NCBI GenBank assembly: GCA_030647775.1
Contig: JAUSJC010000010.1
Coordinates: 200,718-264,717, forward strand
Reading direction: 5' to 3'
DNA: 64,000 bases
Origin: Candidatus Curtissbacteria bacterium
Lineage (GTDB): Bacteria > Patescibacteriota > Microgenomatia > Curtissbacterales > GWA2-41-24
Both the position numbers and the translations under genes were made by a program. This document shows positions 25,878 to 35,113 of this stretch, piece by piece. Every line of letters starts with the position of its first letter. Positions within the stretch are counted from its first letter, which is position 1. The notes under the pieces were generated by a model. The model was given only the letters and a program-made list of their open reading frames with translations, did not search any database and was not told the origin of the DNA.

Positions 25878-28835
25878 ATGAAACAAAGAAAATTCGATAT
25901 TGATAAAGTTGACACCAGAAGCGCAGTCCGCGCCAAGGTTAGGAAAATTGGCCGCCAAATCCCCAAAGCGCCTAAAGACTTATCTGAACCCGCCCTTTCC
26001 GAAAACGCCGCCTATATCGCCAAAACCCGCTACGCTTTTAGAAACGAAAAGGGCGAACCCATCGAATCTCCAAAAGACATGTTCTGGCGGATTGCCTACT
26101 ACATAGGTGCAGCCGATGAAATCTACCTGCCTCGCGGCAAGGCGGGCCACGGCAAGAAGACCCACGAAAAATCGTCCCGCGAATTTTACGAAATAATGGC
26201 AACCCAAAAGTTTATCCCCAACACGCCGACTTTAGTTAATTCCGGCAAAACCGGTCAGTCGCTTTCGGCCTGCTTCGTTCTTCCGGTTGAAGACAACCTC
26301 GAAAGCATTCTAAAAACCATGCACGATATGGCCATGATCCACAAGATGGGCGGCGGTACCGGTTTTTCTTTTTCCCACCTGCGCCCCAAAGACGATGTTA
26401 TCGGGACTTCCAAGGGTAAGACCACCGGCCCGGTAGCCTTCTTGCAGGCTTATAACGACGTTACTTCCCAAATCCGTCAGGGCGGCGTCAGGCGCGGTGC
26501 CAATATGGGGATTCTCCATTACACCCATCCGGATATCCTGCGCTTTGCCGTCCACAAAGTCGACGAATTTTCCCTAACCAACTTCAATATTTCCGTCACT
26601 GTTACCGAAAATTTCATGAAAAAGGTTAAGGAAGATGAAAAGTATGTAACCCAGGAAGCCGATTTCGACCCGGTTATCGAAGAAATTAAAGAAGCCTACA
26701 CCATCCGCGACTTGGATCTCAAAACCGTCAGGATTGAAGAAGGCGTTATCAAACTTTACGATATTTGCCGCTCCAAAACCCAAGGCGAAGGTTACGACCT
26801 TATAAATCCAAAAACGGGTAAAGTTACAGACCGGTTAAACGCCAAGAAATTCTTCGACCTTATCACCAAACTTGCCTGGCAGTATGGCGACCCGGGCATG
26901 ATCCTGATCGACAGGATTAACAGTTCCCGCGCCAACCCGGTTCCCAATATCGGCCCGATCGAAGCAACCAACCCCTGCGCCGAACAGCCCCTGCACGCCT
27001 ACGACGCCTGCACTTTAGGCTCCATCAACCTTGCCAAGTTTGTCGTAGATGCTGACGAAGGAAGCATCGCAGACCCTGAGCGCAGTCGAAGGGTCGTAGA
27101 CGATAAATCAATCGACTGGCAGGAAATGGGAAATGTGATCGCGACTGCCGTCCATTTTCTCGATAACGTCTTGGATATGAATGAATATCCTGTTCCCGAG
27201 ATCGACAAGATGACATCCGCTATTAGGAGAATCGGCCTTGGGGTTATGGGTTGGGCCGATATGCTTGTCAAACTTGGAATCGGCTACGATACCCGGGAAG
27301 CTTTCGACTTGGCCGAGAAAGTTATGAAATTTGTGCAGCGGGAAGCCGACAGTGCCAGCGTGGATCTTGCCAAAACCCGCGGCGTCTTTCCGGCTTTCAA
27401 AGGTTCCATTTACGACAAACCAGCCACTGGCCCTGAGCGAAGTCGAAGGGGCCAGATTCGTCCCCGAAACGGCGCCAGAACCACCATTGCCCCAACCGGC
27501 ACCATTTCCCTTCTTGCCGATTGTTCTTCCGGCATCGAACCGCATTTTGCCTTAACCTATGCCAAAAACACCATCGAAGGTAAACGCCTTTTTAACACCA
27601 ACTCTTATTTTAAAGAAGCGTTGGACGCCCGCGGGTTAGATTCCGAAGACCTGCTTGCCAAGATTAGCGAAAATAAGGGTTCCATCCAAAACATGGACGA
27701 AATCCCCGAGGGCCTGAAAAAAACCTTTGTAGTCGCCGGTGATATCGCTCCGAAAGATCACGTCCAAGTGGCCGCCGCTTTCCAAAAGTTTACCGACAAC
27801 GGCATTTCCAAAACAATCAACTTCTCCAACGAGGCAACTGTCGAGGATGTGCGCGAAGCTTACTGGTTAAGTTACGAACTTGGCTGCAATATGATCACTA
27901 TTTACCGCGACGGTTCGCGCGTCAAGCAGGTTTTGGAAGTCAAAAAAGGTAAATCCTATTACGACCAGCTTACCGGTAAAAGAACAGAGGCAGAAGCCAG
28001 CCAGGAGCCGGCGCTTCCTATAAAGCGCCGCACACCGCAGGAGGCTTGGGGCATGCGCGTTCGTAAAAAAGCCGATGTCGGTCAAGTCTATACTTCCGTT
28101 TTTCGTGATGTTGATGGTGCCCCGATTGAAGTTTTTGTCACCATCGGCAAAACCGGCGGCTATGTTGCCGGCGCGGCCGAAGTTACCGGGCGTCTGGCTT
28201 CGCGCGCCTTAAAATACGGCGCCACCTTGGAAGAAGTTGCCTCCGATCTTATCGGTATTGCCTGCGGCACTCCCTACGGTTTTGGTACTGAAAGCGTCCT
28301 TTCCGCCTTTGACGCTATCGGCAAATCCTTAATCGAAATTTCCAAGGCCAAACAGCTTCAGCTACCGATGGACAGTCAAGCACAGGCGCAAAACTCGGAA
28401 GTTACCACCCTTTCAATTTCGAATCCTACAAACGGTAACGGCCCGCTTCGCCCGCTCAGCGAGGCGAGCCATACCAACGCCAATGGCAACTCCAACGGAC
28501 ACACCCGCCCGACAACGCCTTCGACGTTAGTCGATGGCGGGCGGGCCAACGGTAATGGTCATACAAACGGTCCGCTTCGCCCGCTCAGCGAGGCGAGCCA
28601 TACCAACGGTAGTAATGGGGTGCAGACAACCCTAAGCAGCCTGGTTGGTACTCCCGTTCCCCAGGTCGAAATCAAGCAGGGGAATAACGGTCTGGTTATT
28701 GCCGCTTTGCACGATGAAGAAAAAGCCCTGGAAACCAAATTCACTTCCTGCCCGGACTGCGGATCACCGCTTGTCTACGCCGAAGGCTGCCGCAAATGCG
28801 TCAACGTCACCTGCGGCTGGAGTAAATGTAGTTAA
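25878..28835 (+). CDS. nrdJ: Class II (adenosylcobalamin-dependent) ribonucleotide reductase with TSCPD domain and C-terminal Zn ribbon
   Basis: PNTPTL, SACFV, QGGVRRGANM, TNPCAEQPL, TIAPTGT, CPDC..C. Confidence 0.93.
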   Translation: MKQRKFDIDKVDTRSAVRAKVRKIGRQIPKAPKDLSEPALSENAAYIAKTRYAFRNEKGEPIESPKDMFWRIAYYIGAADEIYLPRGKAGHGKKTHEKSSREFYEIMATQKFIPNTPTLVNSGKTGQSLSACFVLPVEDNLESILKTMHDMAMIHKMGGGTGFSFSHLRPKDDVIGTSKGKTTGPVAFLQAYNDVTSQIRQGGVRRGANMGILHYTHPDILRFAVHKVDEFSLTNFNISVTVTENFMKKVKEDEKYVTQEADFDPVIEEIKEAYTIRDLDLKTVRIEEGVIKLYDICRSKTQGEGYDLINPKTGKVTDRLNAKKFFDLITKLAWQYGDPGMILIDRINSSRANPVPNIGPIEATNPCAEQPLHAYDACTLGSINLAKFVVDADEGSIADPERSRRVVDDKSIDWQEMGNVIATAVHFLDNVLDMNEYPVPEIDKMTSAIRRIGLGVMGWADMLVKLGIGYDTREAFDLAEKVMKFVQREADSASVDLAKTRGVFPAFKGSIYDKPATGPERSRRGQIRPRNGARTTIAPTGTISLLADCSSGIEPHFALTYAKNTIEGKRLFNTNSYFKEALDARGLDSEDLLAKISENKGSIQNMDEIPEGLKKTFVVAGDIAPKDHVQVAAAFQKFTDNGISKTINFSNEATVEDVREAYWLSYELGCNMITIYRDGSRVKQVLEVKKGKSYYDQLTGKRTEAEASQEPALPIKRRTPQEAWGMRVRKKADVGQVYTSVFRDVDGAPIEVFVTIGKTGGYVAGAAEVTGRLASRALKYGATLEEVASDLIGIACGTPYGFGTESVLSAFDAIGKSLIEISKAKQLQLPMDSQAQAQNSEVTTLSISNPTNGNGPLRPLSEASHTNANGNSNGHTRPTTPSTLVDGGRANGNGHTNGPLRPLSEASHTNGSNGVQTTLSSLVGTPVPQVEIKQGNNGLVIAALHDEEKALETKFTSCPDCGSPLVYAEGCRKCVNVTCGWSKCS

Positions 28836-28845
28836 CCCAACCGAC

Positions 28846-29026
28846 CGTCATTCTGGAGCGAAGCGATAGAATCTTGTTTACCATTCCGAAGTCTTGACGA
28901 AGGATGGTCATTGCGAGCAAAGCGAAGCAATCTCTCTTATATTGTTCGAGCTTGTCGAGAACTTTCCTTTTTGTCATTCTGGCCATTCGGCCTTGAGCTC
29001 ATGGTCGAAAGACTTGACCAGAATCT
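28846..29026. repeat. Intergenic cluster of at least four family A/B elements
   Basis: gtcattctggagcgaagcgatagaatc; gtcattgcgagcaaagcgaagcaatc; gttcgagcttgtcgagaac; gtcattctgg..ccagaatc. Confidence 0.85.
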
Positions 29027-29041
29027 GCTACAATTTCCCTT

Positions 29042-29704
29042 GTGAAACTACTTTTAACTTCCGGCGGGATCACTAATGGCACCATCAAAAACGCCTTGGC
29101 CGATCTTATCGGCAAACCGTTTTCCGAAACTTCTCTTGCCTTTATTCCAACGGCGGCCGATGTCGAAGACCATGACAAGTCCTGGCTCGTTAATGATCTT
29201 AACAACTGTAAGAATCTAGGCCTAAAACTCTTGGATATTGTCGATATTTCGGCTCTTTCCAAAGAACAATGGGAGCCAAGGCTGCAATCTGCCGACATTT
29301 TATTTTTCGGCGGCGGCAACACTTTCCATTTAATGTATTGGATCAACAAATCCGGCCTTGCCAAAAAACTGCCTGGCCTTTTAAAAACAAAAGTTTACGT
29401 CGGCCTAAGCGCCGGCAGCATGGTTGCCGGTAAAACAATTAGTCTAAGCGACTCCAAAAAACTTTACTACGAAGATATAAAAGGTTATCAGGGCGAAAAA
29501 GTTTTGGGTTTTGTCGATTTTCAAATCCGCCCGCACTTAAATTCTCCCCATTTTCCAGACGTTCAAGAAAAAAAATTGAGAAAATTGGCTAAAAACGCAA
29601 AAGAAAAAGTTTACGCGATCGACGACAACATGGCCATAAAAGTGGTAGACTGCAAAGTGGAAGTAGTCGGTGAAGGCAAATATCTAATCCTTAATTCTAA
29701 ATAA
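29042..29704 (+). CDS. Peptidase E (S51) family
   Basis: AFIPTA, GGGNT, GLSAGS, PH. Confidence 0.9.
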   Translation: MKLLLTSGGITNGTIKNALADLIGKPFSETSLAFIPTAADVEDHDKSWLVNDLNNCKNLGLKLLDIVDISALSKEQWEPRLQSADILFFGGGNTFHLMYWINKSGLAKKLPGLLKTKVYVGLSAGSMVAGKTISLSDSKKLYYEDIKGYQGEKVLGFVDFQIRPHLNSPHFPDVQEKKLRKLAKNAKEKVYAIDDNMAIKVVDCKVEVVGEGKYLILNSK

Positions 29705-31182
29705 TGGACATGGTCTTCGATATAAAAAACAATGCACGTAGGAAAAAATCTGTCAAAATCATAGAAGCAGCATTAAAACGTGGCATAGATCTATCATCAT
29801 TGTCAGAGGATGTAGTCATAACAGAGGTTAAAGAAGGTGGGGTTGGTGATGATTATCATATAACTATCACTTACAGTTCGGATCAACTAAACAAAAAGAA
29901 GACTATGCCTGTCCCAAGTACGTCAATGCCACTTGCGGCTGATCAAAATGCAGCTAACCCTGCGTCATACCCCTCCAAAAAAATGGGAACATATTTCTTT
30001 AGATTTATAACACCTACACGTTTAACCTTCAGTGACTGGTTAGTACACCAGAAGTGGGAACAGAATGGAATAAAAGTAAATCTACCTTCGGTTAACGCCG
30101 AGATGATGGTTTTTGATAAAAGAATAAAACATAAAGGGACTTTTATGCACTATGGCCTCGGTTGCGACATAAAAATAATGAGCCAAAACGAAAAAGAAGC
30201 AAAATTACGATCAGAAGTAATAGTCCTAGAATTTTTAACACTCATTTCCTATCTAGAGAAATGTTATTTTGGCGCTCCGTCAATGATCTTAGAATACGAA
30301 TATCCAGAAGAGGGCACAAGCATTAAAAATTACTCAGCAATTATATTTGATAACAACTATATTCCTAAGGAAATAAGTCCGAGGCCGATTAACATTCAAA
30401 GGCTGCAAATTTTTTTAAATAAATTTGAACCACTGGAACCCAATAAAAAAATGTCCATAAGTCAAACATTACATTGGTTTTGGAAAGCTCTTGGTGCTGC
30501 CGACAAAAGAGACAGATTCTTAAGTCTTTGGATTGCACTGGAATTTTTAGAGGAGGAACTTAAAAAAAGATATGGTCTGGCAGCTTCCAAGTCCACTTTG
30601 CCTAAGTGTCCACACTGTAAAAACAACATAGACGCTTGCCCAAAATGTAAAAAGCCAGATCCTTTTTATAAAACAAATACCGGTTTTACAGGCTATAAAG
30701 AAATTGAGAAAGCTATCAAGGGAAAAACACTAAAATTTGACCAAATCCATGCTTACAGAAGTAAATTAATTCATGGTAATAACATCACCGTTAGGGAGGT
30801 AGACGACTCAATAATGTCTACAGTCATATTGATTAATTTGGCAATTTTGACATTAATGGACATGAGTACCGATCCTGATGTTAATGCTAGTGATGCAATA
30901 GAAATGGCAAAAGGATCAATAAGGAAATTAGCATTGCCAATAATGTATAGATTTGATGGGGAGATCAAAGTAAGCGAAATACCAGAAATAGACCATACGG
31001 AAAAGCAACCCTTCGTTTCTGGCGATTTTGATTTACATTTTAAGATTATTAACGGTTTTAAGATTGAAACAGATGGTAAATTAAGACACCAATTCCATGG
31101 AGTTTTTCAAAGTGGTAAGGTTAAAAAGATTTTAATGGTTGATGAGTCTGAAATCGTGGAAAAAGTTTGGGAAATTATTTAA
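29704..31182 (+). CDS. AT-rich hypothetical protein, HEPN/ApeA-like with zinc finger
   Basis: RFLSLWIALE, CPHC..CPKC, RSKLIH (Rx4H). Confidence 0.6.
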   Translation: MDMVFDIKNNARRKKSVKIIEAALKRGIDLSSLSEDVVITEVKEGGVGDDYHITITYSSDQLNKKKTMPVPSTSMPLAADQNAANPASYPSKKMGTYFFRFITPTRLTFSDWLVHQKWEQNGIKVNLPSVNAEMMVFDKRIKHKGTFMHYGLGCDIKIMSQNEKEAKLRSEVIVLEFLTLISYLEKCYFGAPSMILEYEYPEEGTSIKNYSAIIFDNNYIPKEISPRPINIQRLQIFLNKFEPLEPNKKMSISQTLHWFWKALGAADKRDRFLSLWIALEFLEEELKKRYGLAASKSTLPKCPHCKNNIDACPKCKKPDPFYKTNTGFTGYKEIEKAIKGKTLKFDQIHAYRSKLIHGNNITVREVDDSIMSTVILINLAILTLMDMSTDPDVNASDAIEMAKGSIRKLALPIMYRFDGEIKVSEIPEIDHTEKQPFVSGDFDLHFKIINGFKIETDGKLRHQFHGVFQSGKVKKILMVDESEIVEKVWEII

Positions 31183-31339
31183 ACCCTATCTATTCCAAAT
31201 GCTATACAAAATTATGCCTGCCCCAAAAAAAAGGAATCGCCCAATCCTTCCGCTCCGCGCCATAATTCGCCCGAAATAGTATAATACCAGGACGGAAAGG
31301 AGGATAAGTAAATTTAATCAATAAATTTACTAAAATACT

Positions 31340-31540
31340 ATGAATGGAGTAGTTAAAACAAAAATAGATAAAGGATTCGGATTTATTTCTCGTGAAGGAG
31401 AATCAAAGGATCTTTTCTTTCACTCTACGGATTTGAGCGGTGTCACTTTTGAAGAACTTCAAATAGGGGCAGCCGTCACGTTTGATGTTGAGAATGGTGA
31501 AAAAGGCCCAAGTGCAAAAAATGTAAAACTTGCTGCGTAA
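31340..31540 (+). CDS. Cold-shock protein
   Basis: KGFGFI and LFFH RNP motifs. Confidence 0.95.
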   Translation: MNGVVKTKIDKGFGFISREGESKDLFFHSTDLSGVTFEELQIGAAVTFDVENGEKGPSAKNVKLAA

Positions 31541-31557
31541 AGTTTACAAAGTAATAC

Positions 31558-31589
31558 AAAAAAGCCTTGCTTTATGCAAGGTTTTTTTG
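31558..31589 (+). terminator. Rho-independent terminator
   Basis: aaagccttgc-ttat-gcaaggttttttt. Confidence 0.8.
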
Positions 31590-31713
31590 TGCTCTTACAC
31601 GCCGTAATTTCTCGAGGCAAAACGTTGCCGAAGATCCAGAGAGCAAGATAGCGAGCTGGAAACCTTAATTAGCCTCATTTTCGTTTGTTTCCAATTACTG
31701 ATATACTAAAGTT

Positions 31714-32370
31714 ATGTCTGCCAAAAGTCGAGTTATCGAGACCCTGAGCCTATCGAAGGGGGGATTTGCCCAACCCGCAGTAGTTCTTATCCTGCTCGGC
31801 ATTTTTGCCGCAGCTTTTTTTAACTTCAAAAATATCACAAAATGGGTTGCCTCTTTGGCGCCGCCGCCCCCCGTCTATCAAAACACCATCCCCCAGTGGC
31901 AAGTTTATAAAAACCAGACTCATGAATTCTCCATTGAATATCCCAACGGTTGGTTTGTTAGAAGTTACGGTGATTACGCCGCCAATTTCCAAACGACCGA
32001 CCTAAAACTGGGCGAAGCGACCCCTGGTGCAATTAGGGTTAAATTTGCGGCTCTTAAAGAAAACGTGGATCAAGCCGAATTTGAAAAGATTTATAAAATC
32101 GGCGTGGGCGTTGATATTTATGAGCCCCTTGATGTCAAATCAATAATCGCCAAAGTCAAAAACCTGATGTTTGGTCAATACAGGGGAGTGGAATATGTCG
32201 TTAACCGCAGCTTTTCCGCCCTCGAAGGCCCCCGCGGCCAGTTTACCCATTTTTACTCGGTTAATAAAAATGGGGTAATCCTACAGTTTTTCTCGGCAGC
32301 CGATACAAAAGATGCCCATCAGAAATCCGACGCGATTTTCCGGAAGATGATTGCCACGCTTAGGTTTTAG
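31714..32370 (+). CDS. Membrane-anchored PsbP-like hypothetical with repeat-derived N-terminus
   Basis: WQVYKN..FSIEYP.GW motif; N-terminal SRVIETLSLSKG. Confidence 0.7.
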   Translation: MSAKSRVIETLSLSKGGFAQPAVVLILLGIFAAAFFNFKNITKWVASLAPPPPVYQNTIPQWQVYKNQTHEFSIEYPNGWFVRSYGDYAANFQTTDLKLGEATPGAIRVKFAALKENVDQAEFEKIYKIGVGVDIYEPLDVKSIIAKVKNLMFGQYRGVEYVVNRSFSALEGPRGQFTHFYSVNKNGVILQFFSAADTKDAHQKSDAIFRKMIATLRF

Positions 32371-32971
32371 ATCTGCCTTTCCAAATCCGTTCTGTTTCCC
32401 CGTCCAATTTGTTGGCGTATCTAGCCAAAACGAATAGCCAATCTGAAAGCCTATTAATATAAGGGAGGATCGCCGCGTTTATTTTTTCCTCTTCCGCGAG
32501 TGTCACAATTGCCCGCTCGGCCCGTCTTGCCGTTGCCCGGGCCAGATGTAATTTCGATCCGCTGGAACTTCCGCCCGGCAAAATAAAATTCTTGAGTTTG
32601 AGCAGCTGCCGATCCATCCGGTCGATTTCTTTCTCTAAGCGTGTAATATGAGCTCTAGTAATTTTGGGAATTTTCACCTTTACATTTTTTGGCGTGGCTA
32701 AATTACTTCCTAAAACCATCAGTTCTGCCTGAACTCTTTCTAATTTTTTTGTCATCGCGAGCGAAGCGAAGCGATCTCTTTTATAATCAGAATCGAGATT
32801 GCTTCGTCGTTCCACTCCTCGTAATGACAGGTCGGATAGAACAACTCCTATCAAGCTGTTCAGCTCATCCACCGTTCCATAAGCCGCTATCCTCGCCGAA
32901 TTTTTCTCCACCCTCTCGCCGCCAAATAGGGAAGTCGTACCGCTGTCTCCGGTCTTTGTGTAAATCTTCAC
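32360..32971 (-). CDS. pduO: ATP:cob(I)alamin adenosyltransferase, PduO type, with a 26-aa insert
   Basis: MKIYTKTGD.G.T, YGTVDELNS, FILPGG, RRAER, NRLSD. Confidence 0.93.
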   Translation of the reverse strand: MKIYTKTGDSGTTSLFGGERVEKNSARIAAYGTVDELNSLIGVVLSDLSLRGVERRSNLDSDYKRDRFASLAMTKKLERVQAELMVLGSNLATPKNVKVKIPKITRAHITRLEKEIDRMDRQLLKLKNFILPGGSSSGSKLHLARATARRAERAIVTLAEEEKINAAILPYINRLSDWLFVLARYANKLDGETERIWKGRSKT

Positions 32972-33009
32972 CGGTCAAATAATATCATAGCCGGTCGGTT
33001 CTGTTAAAA

Positions 33010-33047
33010 TATACAGTGCCATGCGGTCCTCACAGGCTGCGGGCCTA
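33010..33047 (-). repeat. Family D element, reverse orientation
   Basis: Reverse complement taggcccgcagcctgtgaggaccgcatggcactgtata. Confidence 0.8.
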
Positions 33048-33071
33048 ATACAGTAGAGGAGGTGACTCTAT

Positions 33072-33299
33072 ATGTTTGTACTACTTGCTCAAATGATGCG
33101 CTACGGTAACCAGTCCGGTGTTACTACAAGGTCAAATGACGGTACGGATCTACATAGCTCAATGATGGGCTGGGCGGGCAGCAACCAGAATATTTTCTGG
33201 ATCGACTCACTCCTGAGTTTGGTCACTTGGATTTTGGTTATTGCCGTTTTGTTTGCTCTTTTCAGATGGCTTTGGAAAAAGGGAGACAAGGGAAGATAA
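33072..33299 (+). CDS. Small membrane protein
   Basis: GGAGGTGA SD; C-terminal TM helix. Confidence 0.7.
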   Translation: MFVLLAQMMRYGNQSGVTTRSNDGTDLHSSMMGWAGSNQNIFWIDSLLSLVTWILVIAVLFALFRWLWKKGDKGR

Positions 33300-33341
33300 A
33301 GCGGATTATTCCTTGTTGACACCAATGATATATTTTCCCTA

Positions 33342-33366
33342 ATATATCCTCATAGGGAGGATATAT
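33342..33366. promoter_or_regulatory. Probable CsoR operator
   Basis: Perfect 10-bp inverted repeat atatatcctc-atagg-gaggatatat over the csoR RBS; TTGACA at 33316. Confidence 0.7.
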
Positions 33367-33637
33367 GGCATACAGGCCAAAAGACACACAAGAACGCATA
33401 CTCCATAGACTCAAAATAGCCAAAGGTCATCTCGAAAAAGTAGTAACAATGGTAAAAGATGATGTCTACTGCATCGATGTCTTGCAGCAATTGCAAGCCG
33501 TTGAGGGAGGACTCAAAGAGACAGGCAATCTTATTCTTGAAAATCACCTAATGTGTTGCGTTGCAGATGCTATCACGAAAGGTAAAAAAGACCAGACGAT
33601 TGCCGAGGTTATGGAAGTTTTCCGAAAGAAGCAATAA
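33365..33637 (+). CDS. csoR: CsoR/RcnR metal-sensing repressor
   Basis: RL....GH......M.....YCIDVL.Q..AV, ENHL.CC. Confidence 0.9.
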   Translation: MAYRPKDTQERILHRLKIAKGHLEKVVTMVKDDVYCIDVLQQLQAVEGGLKETGNLILENHLMCCVADAITKGKKDQTIAEVMEVFRKKQ

Positions 33638-34134
33638 TGAAAGGCAAAAATCTTATTTTTATTATTGCATTTATTACGCTAATAGTCCTCATTGGAGGCG
33701 TGTTCTTAGTAAGTAAAACAACACAATCTCCTCAAGTGGCCGGGTTCCAAGATGCAAAAGCATATGTTATCGATGCGACAAGTTTTGACTGGGGAAATAT
33801 TCCAATGAACGGAGGATTAATGACCAAAACGTTTACTATTAAAAATACGGGAACCGATACTTTAAAGCTTTTGAATATTAAGACATCCTGCCATTGTACG
33901 AAGGCTCATGTAACAATTGACGGTAAAAAAAGTCCCGATTTTGGAATGGATGGAATTTCCTCATGGGTTGGGGAAGTTACGCCGGGAAAAGAAGCAAAGT
34001 TGACCGCTATTTTTGACCCTGCTTATCATGGACCGCAGGGAGTAGGTCCTATGAATAGATTTGTTTCGGTTGAAACAAATGACCGAGGTATTTCAAAATT
34101 AGCGTTTACGCTTACGGGGACGGTAGTAAAATAA
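33637..34134 (+). CDS. DUF1573-like protein
   Basis: F.IKNTG..L......TSCHCT. Confidence 0.8.
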   Translation: MKGKNLIFIIAFITLIVLIGGVFLVSKTTQSPQVAGFQDAKAYVIDATSFDWGNIPMNGGLMTKTFTIKNTGTDTLKLLNIKTSCHCTKAHVTIDGKKSPDFGMDGISSWVGEVTPGKEAKLTAIFDPAYHGPQGVGPMNRFVSVETNDRGISKLAFTLTGTVVK

Positions 34135-34135
34135 T

Positions 34136-35107
34136 ATGAAAATAAGCAAGTTCCAAAAAATTCGTTCGCGACGTTTTAGACAAGCGAAAAAACTTTTGTC
34201 AAAAACAATACCTATTTGGATGGTTACCGTAGTGCTTTTAAATTCCGTTTTGGCAACCGGGTTTATAGAATATTACATTATGAAAAAGAATTTTAATAAC
34301 GCACTTGTTTCTCTTTCAAAAACAACAAAAAGTCCCGCAGAGCTTGTCCAAATTTTAAAACAGCAAGTATTGCCCCAAGGCGGGTATACGCTAGGAGTGC
34401 GGTGGGATGATATAGGGAAAAAACTTTTGGAGTCAGGGGTTATTGATAAGGCCAAATATGAAGGACTTTTTGTAAACGATCCGGAAGCAAAAAACCAAAT
34501 GAAATATTTATCGCAGGACTTGCAAGATAACATGATGATAAACGAGAAAAACGCTCATTTTATGGTAAATACCCTGTGGGCTCTTGGTCTTGTCAATAAA
34601 AGTGACGTCCTTGACAAAGGATCGATGAAAACGTACGGAAAAGGAAATGTTATGAATTTTGCCTCTACCGGCGGATGGAATCTGGGCGCAAAGGAAACAA
34701 GTCAGCTTTATTCTTCAGTGGAAATTATAAAACTGACACCCGAGCAGCAGGAACTGGTTAAAAAGATAGCGCAAAATATCTACCGCCCCTGCTGCGGCAA
34801 CTCCACTGAATTTCCGGACTGCAACCATGGTATGGCAGCGCTTGGATACATAGAACTTGCAATAAGCCAAGGTGTGCCGGAGGAAAGAATTTATAAAGAT
34901 ATTCTTGCTCTAAATTCTTTTTGGTTTCCTCAGAATTATGTAGAGCTTGCCGCCTACATGCAGAAGCAGGGGACCCAGTGGAAAAATGTTGACGCAAAAT
35001 TGGCTCTATCCTTCCAGTATTCATCAGCGCAGGGAGCACAAAGTATTCATCAGGCAGTACAAGACGTACCGGGTTTAGGTAGCGTGGGTGGAAGTTGCGG
35101 ACAATAA
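34136..35107 (+). CDS. Hypothetical Cys-rich membrane-anchored protein
   Basis: RPCCGNSTEFPDCNHG motif; GGSCG C-terminus. Confidence 0.75.
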   Translation: MKISKFQKIRSRRFRQAKKLLSKTIPIWMVTVVLLNSVLATGFIEYYIMKKNFNNALVSLSKTTKSPAELVQILKQQVLPQGGYTLGVRWDDIGKKLLESGVIDKAKYEGLFVNDPEAKNQMKYLSQDLQDNMMINEKNAHFMVNTLWALGLVNKSDVLDKGSMKTYGKGNVMNFASTGGWNLGAKETSQLYSSVEIIKLTPEQQELVKKIAQNIYRPCCGNSTEFPDCNHGMAALGYIELAISQGVPEERIYKDILALNSFWFPQNYVELAAYMQKQGTQWKNVDAKLALSFQYSSAQGAQSIHQAVQDVPGLGSVGGSCGQ

Positions 35108-35113
35108 AATAAG

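Noticed and set aside
25878-28835. Intein or group I intron in nrdJ
   Set aside because: Extra length is explained by small inserts and a linker; no intein C...HN-C/S/T boundaries or homing-endonuclease motifs.
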